Part shown: piece by piece, positions 32,101 to 47,038 of the stretch
Layout: the number at the start of each line of letters is the position of its first letter
How positions within the stretch are numbered: position 1 is the stretch's first letter
Translations under genes and position numbers: made by a program
Assembly: GCA_964016885.1 (NCBI GenBank)
Contig: OZ024744.1
Span: forward strand, 122,574,001 to 122,638,000
DNA from: Eledone cirrhosa
Taxonomy: Eukaryota
Length of the DNA stretch: 64,000 bases
Direction: 5' to 3'
The notes under the pieces: model-generated
What the model was told of the DNA's origin: nothing
Database searches by the model: none
What the model saw: only the letters and a program-made list of their open reading frames with translations

Positions 32101-34000
32101 CACCAATGACACTAAGACAAACTTTAACCTTGTGATGCACTGGTGTCCTGTCCAGGGGGAAGTCTTGTAATCTGTCACTTAACACCAATGACACTAAGAC
32201 AGACTTTAACCTTGTGATGGACTGGTGTCCTGTCAAGGAGGAAGTCTTGTACTCTGTCACTTAACACCAATTACACTAAGACAGACTTTATCCATGTGAT
32301 GCACTGGTGTCCTGTCGAGGGAGAAGTCTTGTACTCTGTCACTTAACCCCAATGACACTAAGACAGACTTTAACCATGTGATGAACTGTTGTCCTGTCCA
32401 GGGGGAAGTCGTGTACTCTGTCACTTAACACCAATGACACTAAGACAGACTTTATCCATGTGATGCACTGGTGTTCTCTCCAGGAGGAAGTCTTGTACTC
32501 TGTCACTTAACACTAATGACACTAAGACAGACTTTAACCTTGTGATGGACTGGTGTCCTGTCAAGGAGGAAGTCTTGTACTCTGTCACTTAACACCAAGG
32601 ACACTAAGACAGACTTTAACCTTGTGATGGACGGGTGTCCTGTCCAGGGGGAAGTCTTGTACTCTGTCACTTAAGACCAATGACACTAAGACAGACTTTA
32701 ACCATGTGATGTACTTGTCTACTGTCCAGGGGGAAGTCTTGTACTCTGTCACTTAACACCAATGACACTAAGACAGACTTTAACCATGTGATGCACTGGT
32801 GTCCTGTCCAGCAGAAGTCTTGTACTCTGTCACTTAACACCAATGACACTAAGACAGACTTAACCTTGTGATGGACTGGTGTCCCGTTCAGGGGGAAGTC
32901 TTGTACTCTGTCACTTAACACCAATGACACTAAGACAGACTTTAACCTGGTGATGGACTGGTGTCCTGTCCAGGGGGAAGTCTTGTACTCTGTCATTTAA
33001 CACCAATGACACTAAGACAGACTTTAACCATGTGATGTACTTGTCTCCTGTCGAGGGGGAAGTCTTGTACTCTGTCACTTAACACCAATGACACTAAGAC
33101 AGACTTTAACCATGTGATGCACTGGTGTCCTGTCCAGCAGAAGTCTTGTACTCTGTCACTTAACACCAATGACACTAAGACAGACTTTAACCTTGTGATG
33201 GACTGGTGTCCTGTCCAGGGGGAAGTCTTGTACTCTGTCACTTAACACCAATGACACTAAGACAGACTTTAACCTGGTGATGGACTGGTGTCCTGTCCAG
33301 GGGGAAGTCTTGTACTCTGTCATTTAACACCAATGACACTAAGATTGACTTTAACCATGTGATGGACTGGTGTCCTGTCCAGGGGGAAGTCTTGTACTCT
33401 GTCACTTAACACCAATGACACTAAGACAGACTTTAACCATGTGATGGACTGGTGTCCTGTCCAGGGGGAAGTCTTGTACTCTGTGACTTAACACCAATGA
33501 CACTAAGACAGTCGTTAACCTTGTAATGGACTGGTGTCCTGTCCAGGGGGAAATCTTGTACTCTCAGTGACTTAACACCAATGACACTAAGACAGACTTT
33601 AACCATGTGATGGACTGGTGTCCTGTCCAGGGCCAAGTCTTGTACTCTGTCACTTAACACCAATGACACTAAGACAGACTTCAGCCTTGTGATGCACTGG
33701 TGTCCTGTCCAGGGACAGGTCTTGTACTCTGTCACTTAACACCATGGACACTAAGACAGGTTCTAAAGATGTGATGCACTGGTGTCCTGTCAAGGAGGAA
33801 GTCTTGTACTCTGTCACTTAACACCAATGACACTAGGACAGACTTTAACCTTGAGATGCACTGGTGTCCTGTCCAGGAGAAGTCTTGTACTCTGTCATTT
33901 AACACCAATGACACATAAACAGACTTTAACCATGTGATGGACTGGTGTCCTGTCAAGGAGGAAGTCTTGTACTCTGTCACTTAACACTAATGACAGTAAG
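23800..34000. repeat. Higher-order repeat domain, ~2.3-2.4-kb unit with a 905-bp internal duplication
   Basis: The same variant block starts at 23840, 26220, 29505 and 31803 (spacings 2380, 3285, 2298). Sub-blocks 27850/28755 and 28149/29054 are duplicated 905 bp apart. Confidence 0.85.
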
Positions 34001-37000
34001 ACAGACTTTAACCATGTGATGGACTGGTGTCCTGTCCAGAGGGAAGTCTTGTACTCTGTCACTTAACACTAATGACACTAAGACAGACTTTAACCATGTG
34101 ATGTACTGGTGTCCTGTCAAGGAGGAAGTCTTGTACTCTGTCACTTAACACCAATGACACTAAGACAGACTTTAACCATGTGATGGACTGGTGTCCTGTC
34201 CAGGGACAAGTTTTGTACTCTGTCACTTAACACCAATGACACTAAGACAAACTCTAAACATGTAATGGACTGGTGTCCTGTCCAGGGACAAGTCTTGTAC
34301 TCTGTCACCTAACACCAATGACACTAAAACAGACTTTATCCATGTGATGCACTGGTGTCCTGTCCAGGAGAAGTCTTGTACTCTCCGTCACTTAACACCA
34401 ATGACACTAAGACAGACTTTAACCTTATGATGCCCTGGTGTCCTGTCAAGGAGGAAGTCTTGTACTCTGTCACTTAACAACAATGACACTAGGACAGACT
34501 TTAACCTTGAGATGCACTGGTGTCCTGTCCAGGAGAAGTCTTGTACTCTGTCACTTAACACCAATGACACTAAGACAGACTTTATCCATGTGATGGACTG
34601 TTGTCCTCTCCAGGGGGAAGTCTTGTACTCTGTCACTTAACACCAATGACACTAAGACAGACCTTAACCATGTGATGGACTGGTGTCCTGTCCCGGAGAA
34701 GTCTTGTACTCTGTCACTTAACACCAATGACACTAAGACAGACTTTAACCATGTGATGGACTGGTGTCCTGTCCAGGGGGAAGTCTTGTACTCTGTCACT
34801 TAACACCAATGACACTAAGACAAACTTTAACCATGTGATGGAGTGGTGTCCTGTCCAGGGGCAAGTCTTGTACTCTCCGTCACTTAACACCAATGACACT
34901 AAGACAGACTTTATCCATGTGATGCACTGGTGTCCTATCGAGGGAGAAGTCTTGTACTCTGTCACTTAACACCAATGACACTAAGACAAACTTTAACCTT
35001 GTGATGCACTGGTGTCCTGTCCAGGGGGAAGTCTTGTAATCTGTCACTTAACACCAATTACACTAAGACAGACTTTATCCATGTGATGCACTGGTGTCCT
35101 GTCGAGGGAGAAGTCTTGTACTCTGTCACTTAACCCCAATGACACTAAGACAGACTTTAACCATGTGATGAACTGTTGTCCTGTCCAGGGGGAAGTCGTG
35201 TACTCTGTCACTTAACACCAATGACACTAAGACAGACTTTATCCATGTGATGCACTGGTGTTCTCTCCAGGAGGAAGTCTTGTACTCTGTCACTTAACAC
35301 TGTGACACTAAGACAGACTTTAACCTTGTGATGGACTGGTGTCCTGTCAAGGAGGAAGTCTTGTACTCTGTCACTTAACACCAAGGACACTAAGACAGAC
35401 TTTAACCTTGTGATGGACGGGTGTCCTGTCCAGGGGGAAGTCTTGTACTCTGTCACTTAACACCAATGACACTAAGACAGACTTTAACCATGTGATGTAC
35501 TTGTCTCCTGTCCAGGGGGAAGTCTTGTACTCTGTCACTTAACACCAATGACACTAAGACAGACTTTAACCATGTGATGCACTGGTGTCCTGTCCAGCAG
35601 AAGTCTTGTACTCTGTCACTTAACACCAATGACACTAAGACAGACTTAACCTTGTGATGGACTGGTGTCCTGTTCAGGGGGAAGTCTTGTACTCTGTCAC
35701 TTAACACCAATGACACTAAGACAGACTTTAACCTGGTGATGGACTGGTGTCCTGTCCAGGGGGAAGTCTTGTACTCTGTCATTTAACACCAATGACACTA
35801 AGACAGACTTTAACCATGTGATGTACTTGTCTCCTGTCCAGGGGGAAGTCTTGTACTCTGTCACTTAACACCAATGACACTAAGACAGACTTTAACCATG
35901 TGATGCACTGGTGTCCTGTCCAGCAGAAGTCTTGTACTCTGTCACTTAACACCAATGACACTAAGACAGACTTTAACCTTGTGATGGACTGGTGTCCTGT
36001 CCAGGGGGAAGTCTTGTACTCTGTCACTTAACACCAATGACACTAAGACAGACTTTAACCTGGTGATGGACTGGTGTCCTGTCCAGGGGGAAGTCTTGTA
36101 CTCAGTGACTTAACACCAATGACACTAAGACAGTCGTTAACCTTGTAATGGACTGGTGTCCTGTCCAGGGGGAAGTCTTGTACTCTGTCACTTAACACCA
36201 ATGACACTAAGACAGACTTTAACCATGTGATGCACTGGTGTCCTGTCCAGCAGAAGTCTTGTACTCTGTCACTTAACACCAATGACACTAAGACAGACTT
36301 TAACCATGTGATGGACTGGTGTCCTGTCCAGGGCCAAGTCTTGTACTCTGTCACTTAACACCAATGACACTAAGACAGACTTCAGCCTTGTGATGCACTG
36401 GTGTCCTGTCCAGGGACAGGTCTTGTACTCTGTCACTTAACACCATGGACACTAAGACAGGTTCTAAAGATGTGATGCACTGGTGTCCTGTCAAGGAGGA
36501 AGTCTTGTACTCTGTCACTTAACACCAATGACACTAGGACAGACTTTAACCTTGAGATGCACTGGTGTCCTGTCCAGGAGAAGTCTTGTACTCTGTCACT
36601 TAACACCAATGACACATAAACAGACTTTAACCATGTGATGGACTGGTGTCCTGTCAAGGAGGAAGTCTTGTACTCTGTCACTTAACACTAATGACACTAA
36701 GACAAACTCTAAACATGTAATGGACTGGTGTCCTGTCCAGGGACAAGTCTTGTACTCTGTCACCTAACACCAATGACACTAAAACAGACTTTATCCATGT
36801 GATGCACTGGTGTCCTGTCCAGGAGAAGTCTTGTACTCTCCGTCACTTAACACCAATGACACTAAGACAGACTTTAACCTTATGATGCCCTGGTGTCCTG
36901 TCAAGGAGGAAGTCTTGTACTCTGTCACTTAACAACAATGACACTAGGACAGACTTTAACCTTGAGATGCACTGGTGTCCTGTCCAGGAGAAGTCTTGTA

Positions 37001-40000
37001 CTCTGTCACTTAACACCAATGACACTAAGACAGACTTTATCCATGTGATGGACTGTTGTCCTCTCCAGGGGGAAGTCTTGTACTCTGTCACTTAACACCA
37101 ATGACACTAAGACAGACCTTAACCATGTGATGGACTGGTGTCCTGTCCCGGGGAAGTCTTGTACTCTGTCACTTAACACCAATGACACTAAGACAGACTT
37201 TAACCATGTGATGGACTGGTGTCCTGTCCAGGGGGAAGTCTTGTACTCTGTCACTTAACACCAATGACACTAAGACAAACTTTAACCATGTGATGGACTG
37301 GTGTCCTGTCCAGGGGCAAGTCTTGTACTCTCCGTCACTTAACACCAATGACACTAAGACAGACTTTATCCATGTGATGCACTGGTGTCCTGTCGAGGGA
37401 GAAGTCTTGTACTCTGTCACTTAACACCAATGACATTAAGACAAACTTTAACCTTGTGATGCACTGGTGTCCTGTCCAGGGGGAAGTCTTGTAATCTGTC
37501 ACTTAACACCAATGACACTAAGACAGACTTTATCCATGTGATGCACTGGTGTCCTGTCGAGGGGGAAGTCTTGTACTCTCAGCCACTTAATACTAATGAC
37601 ACTAAGACAGACTTTAACCATGTGATGGACTGGTGTCCTGTCCAGGGGGAAGTATTGTACTCTCAGTCACTTAACACCAATGACACTAAGATAGACTTTA
37701 ACCATGTAATGGACTGGTGTCCTGTCCAGGGACAAGTCTTGTACTCTGTCACTTAACACCAATGACACTAAGACAGACTTTAGCCTTGTGATGCACTGGT
37801 GTCCTGTCCAGGGACAGGTCTTGTACTCTGTCACTTAACACCAATGACACTAAGACAGACTTTAACCTTGTGATGGACTGGTGTCCTGTCCAGGGGGAAG
37901 TCTTGTACTCTGTCACTTAACACTAAGACAGACTTTAACCTTGTAATGGACTGGTGTCCTGTCCAATGGGAAGTATTGTACTCTGTCACTTAAGACCAAT
38001 GAAACTGAGATAGACTTTAACCTTGTGATGGACTGGTGTCCTGTCCAGGGACAAGTCTTGTACTCTGTCACTTAATACCAATGACACTAAGACAGGCTCT
38101 AAAGATGTGATGGACTGGTGTCCTGTCCAATGGGAAGTATTGTACTCTGTCACTTAACACCAATGACACTAAGACAGAGTTTAACCATGTGATGGACTGG
38201 TGTCCTGTCCAGGGGGAATTCTTGTACTCTGTGACTTAACCCCAATGACACTAAGACAGTCGTTAACCTTGTAATGGACTGGTGTCCTGTCCAGGGGGAA
38301 GTCTTGTACTCTCAGTGACTTAACACCAATGACACTAAGACAGACTTTAACCATGTGATGGACTGGTGTCCTGTCCAGGGGGAAGTCTTGAACTCTGTCA
38401 CTTAACACCAATGACACTAAAACAGACTTTATCCATGTGATGCACTGGTGTCCTCTCCAGGAGCAAGTCTTGTACTCTGTCACTTAATACTAATGACACT
38501 AAGACAGATTTTAACCTTGTGATGGACTGGTGTCCTGTCAAGGAGGAAGTCTTGTACTCTGTCACTTCACACCAATGACACTAAGACAGACTTTAACCTT
38601 GTGATGGACTGGTGTCCTGTCCAGGGGGAAGTCTTGTACTCTGTCACTTAACACCAATGACACTAAGACAGACTTTAACCTTGTGATGGACTGGTGTCCT
38701 GTCCAGGGGGAAGTCTTGTACTCTGTCATTTAACACCAATGACACTAAGATTGACTTTAACCATGTGATGGACTGGTGTCCTGTCAAGGGGGAAGTCTTG
38801 TACTCTGTCACTTAACACCAATGACACTAAGACAGACTTTAACCTTGTGATGGACTGTTGTCATGTCCAGGGGGAAGTCTTGTACTCTGTCACTTAACAC
38901 CAATGACACTAAGACAGACTTTAACCTTGTGATGGACTGGTGTCCTGTCAAGGAGGAAGTATTGTACACTGTCACCTAACACCAATGACACTAAGACAGA
39001 CTTTAACCTTGTGATGGACTGGTGTCCTGTCCAGGAGGAAGTCTTGTACTCTGTCACTTAACACCAATGACACTAAGACAGACTTTAACCATGTGATGGA
39101 CTGGTGTCCTGTCCAGGGACAAGTTTTGTACTCTGTCACTTAACACCAATGACACTAAGACAAACTCTAAACATGTAATGGACTGGTGTCCTGTCCAGGG
39201 ACAAGTCTTGTACTCTGTCACCTAACACCAATGACACTAAAACAGACTTTATCCATGTGATGCACTGGTGTCCTGTCCAGGAGAAGTCTTGTACTCTCCG
39301 TCACTTAACACCAATGACACTAAGACAGACTTTAACCTTATGATGCCCTGGTGTCCTGTCAAGGAGGAAGTCTTGTACTCTGTCACTTAACAACAATGAC
39401 ACTAGGACAGACTTTAACCTTGAGATGCACTGGTGTCCTGTCCAGGAGAAGTCTTGTACTCTGTCACTTAACACCAATGACACTAAGACAGACTTTATCC
39501 ATGTGATGGACTGTTGTCCTCTCCAGGGGGAAGTCTTGTACTCTGTCACTTAACACCAATGACACTAAGACAGACCTTAACCATGTGATGGACTGGTGTC
39601 CTGTCCCGGAGAAGTCTTGTACTCTGTCACTTAACACCAATGACACTAAGACAGACTTTAACCATGTGATGGACTGGTGTCCTGTCCAGGGGGAAGTCTT
39701 GTACTCTGTCACTTAACACCAATGACACTAAGACAAACTTTAACCATGTGATGGAGTGGTGTCCTGTCCAGGGGCAAGTCTTGTACTCTCCGTCACTTAA
39801 CACCAATGACACTAAGACAGACTTTATCCATGTGATGCACTGGTGTCCTATCGAGGGAGAAGTCTTGTACTCTGTCACTTAACCCCAATGACACTAAGAC
39901 AGACTTTAACCATGTGATGAACTGTTGTCCTGTCCAGGGGGAAGTCTTGTAATCTGTCACTTAACACCAATTACACTAAGACAGACTTTATCCATGTGAT

Positions 40001-43000
40001 GCACTGGTGTCCTGTCGAGGGAGAAGTCTTGTACTCTGTCACTTAACCCCAATGACACTAAGACAGACTTTAACCATGTGATGAACTGTTGTCCTGTCCA
40101 GGGGGAAGTCGTGTACTCTGTCACTTAACACCAATGACACTAAGACAGACTTTATCCATGTGATGCACTGGTGTTCTCTCCAGGAGGAAGTCTTGTACTC
40201 TGTCACTTAACACTGTGACACTAAGACAGACTTTAACCTTGTGATGGACTGGTGTCCTGTCAAGGAGGAAGTCTTGTACTCTGTCACTTAACACCAAGGA
40301 CACTAAGACAGACTTTAACCTTGTGATGGACGGGTGTCCTGTCCAGGGGGAAGTCTTGTACTCTGTCACTTAACACCAATGACACTAAGACAGACTTTAA
40401 CCATGTGATGTACATGTCTCCTGTCCAGGGGGAAGTCTTGTACTCTGTCACTTAACACCAATGACACTAAGACAGACTTTAACCATGTGATGCACTGGTG
40501 TCCTGTCCAGCAGAAGTCTTGTACTCTGTCACTTAACACCAATGACACTAAGACAGACTTAACCTTGTGATGGACTGGTGTCCTGTTCAGGGGGAAGTCT
40601 TGTACTCTGTCACTTAACACCAATGACACTAAGACAGACTTTAACCTGGTGATGGACTGGTGTCCTGTCCAGGGGGAAGTCTTGTACTCTGTCATTTAAC
40701 ACCAATGACACTAAGACAGACTTTAACCATGTGATGTACTTGTCTCCTGTCCAGGGGGAAGTCTTGTACTCTGTCACTTAACACCAATGACACTAAGACC
40801 GACTTTAACCATGTGATGCACTGGTGTCCTGTCCAGCAGAAGTCTTGTACTCTGTCACTTAACACCAATGACACTAAGACAGACTTTAACCTTGTGATGG
40901 ACTGGTGTCCTGTCCAGGGGGAAGTCTTGTACTCTGTCACTTAACACCAATGACACTAAGACAGACTTTAACCTGGTGATGGACTGGTGTCCTGTCCAGG
41001 GGGAAGTCTTGTACTCTGTGACTTAACACCAATGACACTAAGACAGTCGTTAACCTTGTAATGGACTGGTGTCCTGTCCAGGGGGAAGTCTTGTACTCTG
41101 TCACTTAACACCAATGACACTAAGACAGACTTTAACCATGTGATGCACTGGTGTCCTGTCCAGCAGAAGTCTTGTACTCTGTCACTTAACACCAATGACA
41201 CTAAGACAGACTTTAACCATGTGATGGACTGGTGTCCTGTCCAGGGCCAAGTCTTGTACTCTGTCACTTAACACCAATGACACTAAGACAGACTTCAGCC
41301 TTGTGATGCACTGGTGTCCTGTCCAGGGACAGGTCTTGTACTCTGTCACTTAACACCATGGACACTAAGACAGGTTCTAAAGATGTGATGCACTGGTGTC
41401 CTGTCAAGGAGGAAGTCTTGTACTCTGTCACTTAACACCAATGACACTAGGACAGACTTTAACCTTGAGATGCACTGGTGTCCTGTCCAGGAGAAGTCTT
41501 GTACTCTGTCACTTAACACCAATGACACATAAACAGACTTTAACCATGTGATGGACTGGTGTCCTGTCAAGGAGGAAGTCTTGTACTCTGTCACTTAACA
41601 CTAATGACAGTAAGACAGACTTTAACCATGTGATGGACTGGTGTCCTGTCCAGAGGGAAGTCTTGTACTCTGTCACTTAACACCAATGACACATAAACAG
41701 ACTTTAACCATGTGATGGACTGGTGTCCTGTCAAGGAGGAAGTCTTGTACTCTGTCACTTAACACTAATGACACTAAGACAAACTCTAAACATGTAATGG
41801 ACTGGTGTCCTGTCCAGGGACAAGTCTTGTACTCTGTCACCTAACACCAATGACACTAAAACAGACTTTATCCATGTGATGCACTGGTGTCCTGTCCAGG
41901 AGAAGTCTTGTACTCTCCGTCACTTAACACCAATGACACTAAGACAGACTTTAACCTTATGATGCCCTGGTGTCCTGTCAAGGAGGAAGTCTTGTACTCT
42001 GTCACTTAACAACAATGACACTAGGACAGACTTTAACCTTGAGATGCACTGGTGTCCTGTCCAGGAGAAGTCTTGTACTCTGTCACTTAACACCAATGAC
42101 ACTAAGACAGACTTTATCCATGTGATGGACTGTTGTCCTCTCCAGGGGGAAGTCTTGTACTCTGTCACTTAACACCAATGACACTAAGACAGACCTTAAC
42201 CATGTGATGGACTGGTGTCCTGTCCCGGGGAAGTCTTGTACTCTGTCACTTAACACCAATGACACTAAGACAGACTTTAACCATGTGATGGACTGGTGTC
42301 CTGTCCAGGGGGAAGTCTTGTACTCTGTCACTTAACACCAATGACACTAAGACAAACTTTAACCATGTGATGGACTGGTGTCCTGTCCAGGGGCAAGTCT
42401 TGTACTCTCCGTCACTTAACACCAATGACACTAAGCCAGACTTTATCCATGTGATGCACTGGTGTCCTGTCGAGGGAGAAGTCTTGTACTCTGTCACTTA
42501 ACACCAATGACATTAAGACAAACTTTAACCTTGTGATGCACTGGTGTCCTGTCCAGGGGGAAGTCTTGTAATCTGTCACTTAACACCAATGACACTAAGA
42601 CAGACTTTATCCATGTGATGCACTGGTGTCCTGTCGAGGGGGAAGTCTTGTACTCTCAGCCACTTAATACTAATGACACTAAGACAGACTTTAACCATGT
42701 GATGGACTGGTGTCCTGTCCAGGGGGAAGTATTGTACTCTCAGTCACTTAACACCAATGACACTAAGATAGACTTTAACCATGTAATGGACTGGTGTCCT
42801 GTCCAGGGACAAGTCTTGTACTCTGTCACTTAACACCAATGACACTAAGACAGACTTTAGCCTTGTGATGCACTGGTGTCCTGTCCAGGGACAGGTCTTG
42901 TACTCTGTCACTTAACACCAATGACACTAAGACAGACTTTAACCATGTGATGCACTGGTGTCCTGTCCAGCAGAAGTCTTGTACTCTGTCACTTAACACC

Positions 43001-46000
43001 AATGACACTAAGACAGACTTAACCTTGTGATGGACTGGTGTCCTGTTCAGGGGGAAGTCTTGTACTCTGTCACTTAACACCAATGACACTAAGACAGACT
43101 TTAACCTGGTGATGGACTGGTGTCCTGTCCAGGGGGAAGTCTTGTACTCTGTCATTTAACACCAATGACACTAAGACAGACTTTAACCATGTGATGTACT
43201 TGTCTCCTGTCCAGGGGGAAGTCTTGTACTCTGTCACTTAACACCAATGACACTAAGACCGACTTTAACCATGTGATGCACTGGTGTCCTGTCCAGCAGA
43301 AGTCTTGTACTCTGTCACTTAACACCAATGACACTAAGACAGACTTTAACCTTGTGATGGACTGGTGTCCTGTCCAGGGGGAAGTCTTGTACTCTGTCAC
43401 TTAACACCAATGACACTAAGACAGACTTTAACCTGGTGATGGACTGGTGTCCTGTCCAGGGGGAAGTCTTGTACTCTGTGACTTAACACCAATGACACTA
43501 AGACAGTCGTTAACCTTGTAATGGACTGGTGTCCTGTCCAGGGGGAAGTCTTGTACTCTGTCACTTAACACCAATGACACTAAGACAGACTTTAACCATG
43601 TGATGCACTGGTGTCCTGTCCAGCAGAAGTCTTGTACTCTGTCACTTAACACCAATGACACTAAGACAGACTTTAACCATGTGATGGACTGGTGTCCTGT
43701 CCAGGGCCAAGTCTTGTACTCTGTCACTTAACACCAATGACACTAAGACAGACTTCAGCCTTGTGATGCACTGGTGTCCTGTCCAGGGACAGGTCTTGTA
43801 CTCTGTCACTTAACACCATGGACACTAAGACAGGTTCTAAAGATGTGATGCACTGGTGTCCTGTCAAGGAGGAAGTCTTGTACTCTGTCACTTAACACCA
43901 ATGACACTAGGACAGACTTTAACCTTGAGATGCACTGGTGTCCTGTCCAGGAGAAGTCTTGTACTCTGTCACTTAACACCAATGACACATAAACAGACTT
44001 TAACCATGTGATGGACTGGTGTCCTGTCAAGGAGGAAGTCTTGTACTCTGTCACTTAACACTAATGACAGTAAGACAGACTTTAACCATGTGATGGACTG
44101 GTGTCCTGTCCAGAGGGAAGTCTTGTACTCTGTCACTTAACACCAATGACACATAAACAGACTTTAACCATGTGATGGACTGGTGTCCTGTCAAGGAGGA
44201 AGTCTTGTACTCTGTCACTTAACACTAATGACACTAAGACAAACTCTAAACATGTAATGGACTGGTGTCCTGTCCAGGGACAAGTCTTGTACTCTGTCAC
44301 CTAACACCAATGACACTAAAACAGACTTTATCCATGTGATGCACTGGTGTCCTGTCCAGGAGAAGTCTTGTACTCTCCGTCACTTAACACCAATGACACT
44401 AAGACAGACTTTAACCTTATGATGCCCTGGTGTCCTGTCAAGGAGGAAGTCTTGTACTCTGTCACTTAACAACAATGACACTAGGACAGACTTTAACCTT
44501 GAGATGCACTGGTGTCCTGTCCAGGAGAAGTCTTGTACTCTGTCACTTAACACCAATGACACTAAGACAGACTTTATCCATGTGATGGACTGTTGTCCTC
44601 TCCAGGGGGAAGTCTTGTACTCTGTCACTTAACACCAATGACACTAAGACAGACCTTAACCATGTGATGGACTGGTGTCCTGTCCCGGGGAAGTCTTGTA
44701 CTCTGTCACTTAACACCAATGACACTAAGACAGACTTTAACCATGTGATGGACTGGTGTCCTGTCCAGGGGGAAGTCTTGTACTCTGTCACTTAACACCA
44801 ATGACACTAAGACAAACTTTAACCATGTGATGGACTGGTGTCCTGTCCAGGGGCAAGTCTTGTACTCTCCGTCACTTAACACCAATGACACTAAGACAGA
44901 CTTTATCCATGTGATGCACTGGTGTCCTGTCGAGGGAGAAGTCTTGTACTCTGTCACTTAACACCAATGACATTAAGACAAACTTTAACCTTGTGATGCA
45001 CTGGTGTCCTGTCCAGGGGGAAGTCTTGTAATCTGTCACTTAACACCAATGACACTAAGACAGACTTTATCCATGTGATGCACTGGTGTCCTGTCGAGGG
45101 GGAAGTCTTGTACTCTCAGCCACTTAATACTAATGACACTAAGACAGACTTTAACCATGTGATGGACTGGTGTCCTGTCCAGGGGGAAGTATTGTACTCT
45201 CAGTCACTTAACACCAATGACACTAAGATAGACTTTAACCATGTAATGGACTGGTGTCCTGTCCAGGGACAAGTCTTGTACTCTGTCACTTAACACCAAT
45301 GACACTAAGACAGACTTTAGCCTTGTGATGCACTGGTGTCCTGTCCAGGGACAGGTCTTGTACTCTGTCACTTAACACCAATGACACTAAGACAGACTTT
45401 AACCTTGTGATGGACTGGTGTCCTGTCCAGGGGGAAGTCTTGTACTCTGTCACTTAACACTAAGACAGACTTTAACCTTGTAATGGACTGGTGTCCTGTC
45501 CAATGGGAAGTATTGTACTCTGTCACTTAAGACCAATGAAACTGAGATAGACTTTAACCTTGTGATGGACTGGTGTCCTGTCCAGGGACAAGTCTTGTAC
45601 TCTGTCACTTAATACCAATGACACTAAGACAGGCTCTAAAGATGTGATGGACTGGTGTCCTGTCCAATGGGAAGTATTGTACTCTGTCACTTAACACCAA
45701 TGACACTAAGACAGAGTTTAACCATGTGATGGACTGGTGTCCTGTCCAGGGGGAAGTCTTGTACTCTGTGACTTAACCCCAATGACACTAAGACAGTCGT
45801 TAACCTTGTAATGGACTGGTGTCCTGTCCAGGGGGAAGTCTTGTACTCTCAGTGACTTAACACCAATGACACTAAGACAGACTTTAACCATATGATGGAC
45901 TGGTGTCCTGTCCAGGGGGGAAGTCTTGAACTCTGTCACTTAACACCAATGACACTAAAACAGACTTTATCCATGTGATGCACTGGTGTCCTCTCCAGGA

Positions 46001-46800
46001 GCAAGTCTTGTACTCTGTCACTTAATACTAATGACACTAAGACAGACTTTAACCTTGTGATGGACTGGTGTCCTGTCAAGGAGGAAGTCTTGTACTCTGT
46101 CACTTCACACCAATGACACTAAGACAGACTTTAACCTTGTGATGGACTGGTGTCCTGTCCAGGGGGAAGTCTTGTACTCTGTCACTTAACACCAATGACA
46201 CTAAGACAGACTTTAACCTTGTGATGGACTGGTGTCCTGTCCAGGGGGAAGTCTTGTACTCTGTCATTTAACACCAATGACACTAAGATTGACTTTAACC
46301 ATGTGATGGACTGGTGTCCTGTCAAGGGGGAAGTCTTGTACTCTGTCACTTAACACCAATGACACTAAGACAGACTTTAACCTTGTGATGGACTGTTGTC
46401 ATGTCCAGGGGGAAGTCTTGTACTCTGTCACTTAACACCAATGACACTAAGACAGACTTTAACCTTGTGATGGACTGGTGTCCTGTCAAGGAGGAAGTAT
46501 TGTACACTGTCACCTAACACCAATGACACTAAGACAGACTTTAACCTTGTGATGGACTGGTGTCCTGTCCAGGAGGAAGTCTTGTACTCTGTCACTTAAC
46601 ACCAATGACACTAAGACAGACTTTAACCTTGTGATGGACTGGTGTCCTGTCCAGGGGAAGTCTTGTACTCTGTCACTTAACACCAATGACACTAAGACAG
46701 ACTTTAACCATGTGATGGACTGGTGTCCTGTCCAGGGGGAAGTCTTGTACTCTCAGTCACTTAACACCAATGACACTAAGACGGACTTTAACCATGTGAT
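34000..46800. repeat. Higher-order repeat domain, ~2.46-kb unit (4.9-kb dimer)
   Basis: A marker block occurs at 34388, 36843, 39301, 41920 and 44380 (spacings 2455, 2458, 2619, 2460). Pairs 35453/40366 and 36433/41346 are 4913 apart. Confidence 0.85.
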
Positions 46801-46847
46801 GGACTGGTGTCCTGTCCAGGGGGAAGTCTTGTACTCTGTCACCTAAC

Positions 46848-47038
46848 ATTAATTGTTTCTACTTTAAGCACAAGGCCACCAATTACCCAGTGCATTACTG
46901 GTACTTTATTTTATCGACCCCGTAAGGATGAAAGGCAAAGTCAACCTCGGCGGGATTTGAACTCAGATCATAAAGGGACGTAACTATGCTGGAAAGCATG
47001 GCGTCCGACCCTCTACTGATACTGCCAATCCACCGCCC
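46848..47038 (-). mobile_element. tRNA-derived SINE inserted in satellite, copy 1 (variant A)
   Basis: Minus strand reads GGGCGGTGGATTGGCAGTATCAGTAG (A-box-like) ... GAGTTCAAATCCCG (B box) ... GACTTTGCCTTTCATCCTTACGGGGTCGATAAAATAAAGTACCAG ... AAAGTAGAAACAATTAAT. It is the same family as the free copy at 60762-60950 and resembles octopus SINEs (recognition from memory). Confidence 0.9.

Noticed and set aside
46848-47038. tRNA gene
   Set aside because: A/B boxes are present but there is no cloverleaf or acceptor stem, and the sequence continues into a SINE body and tail.
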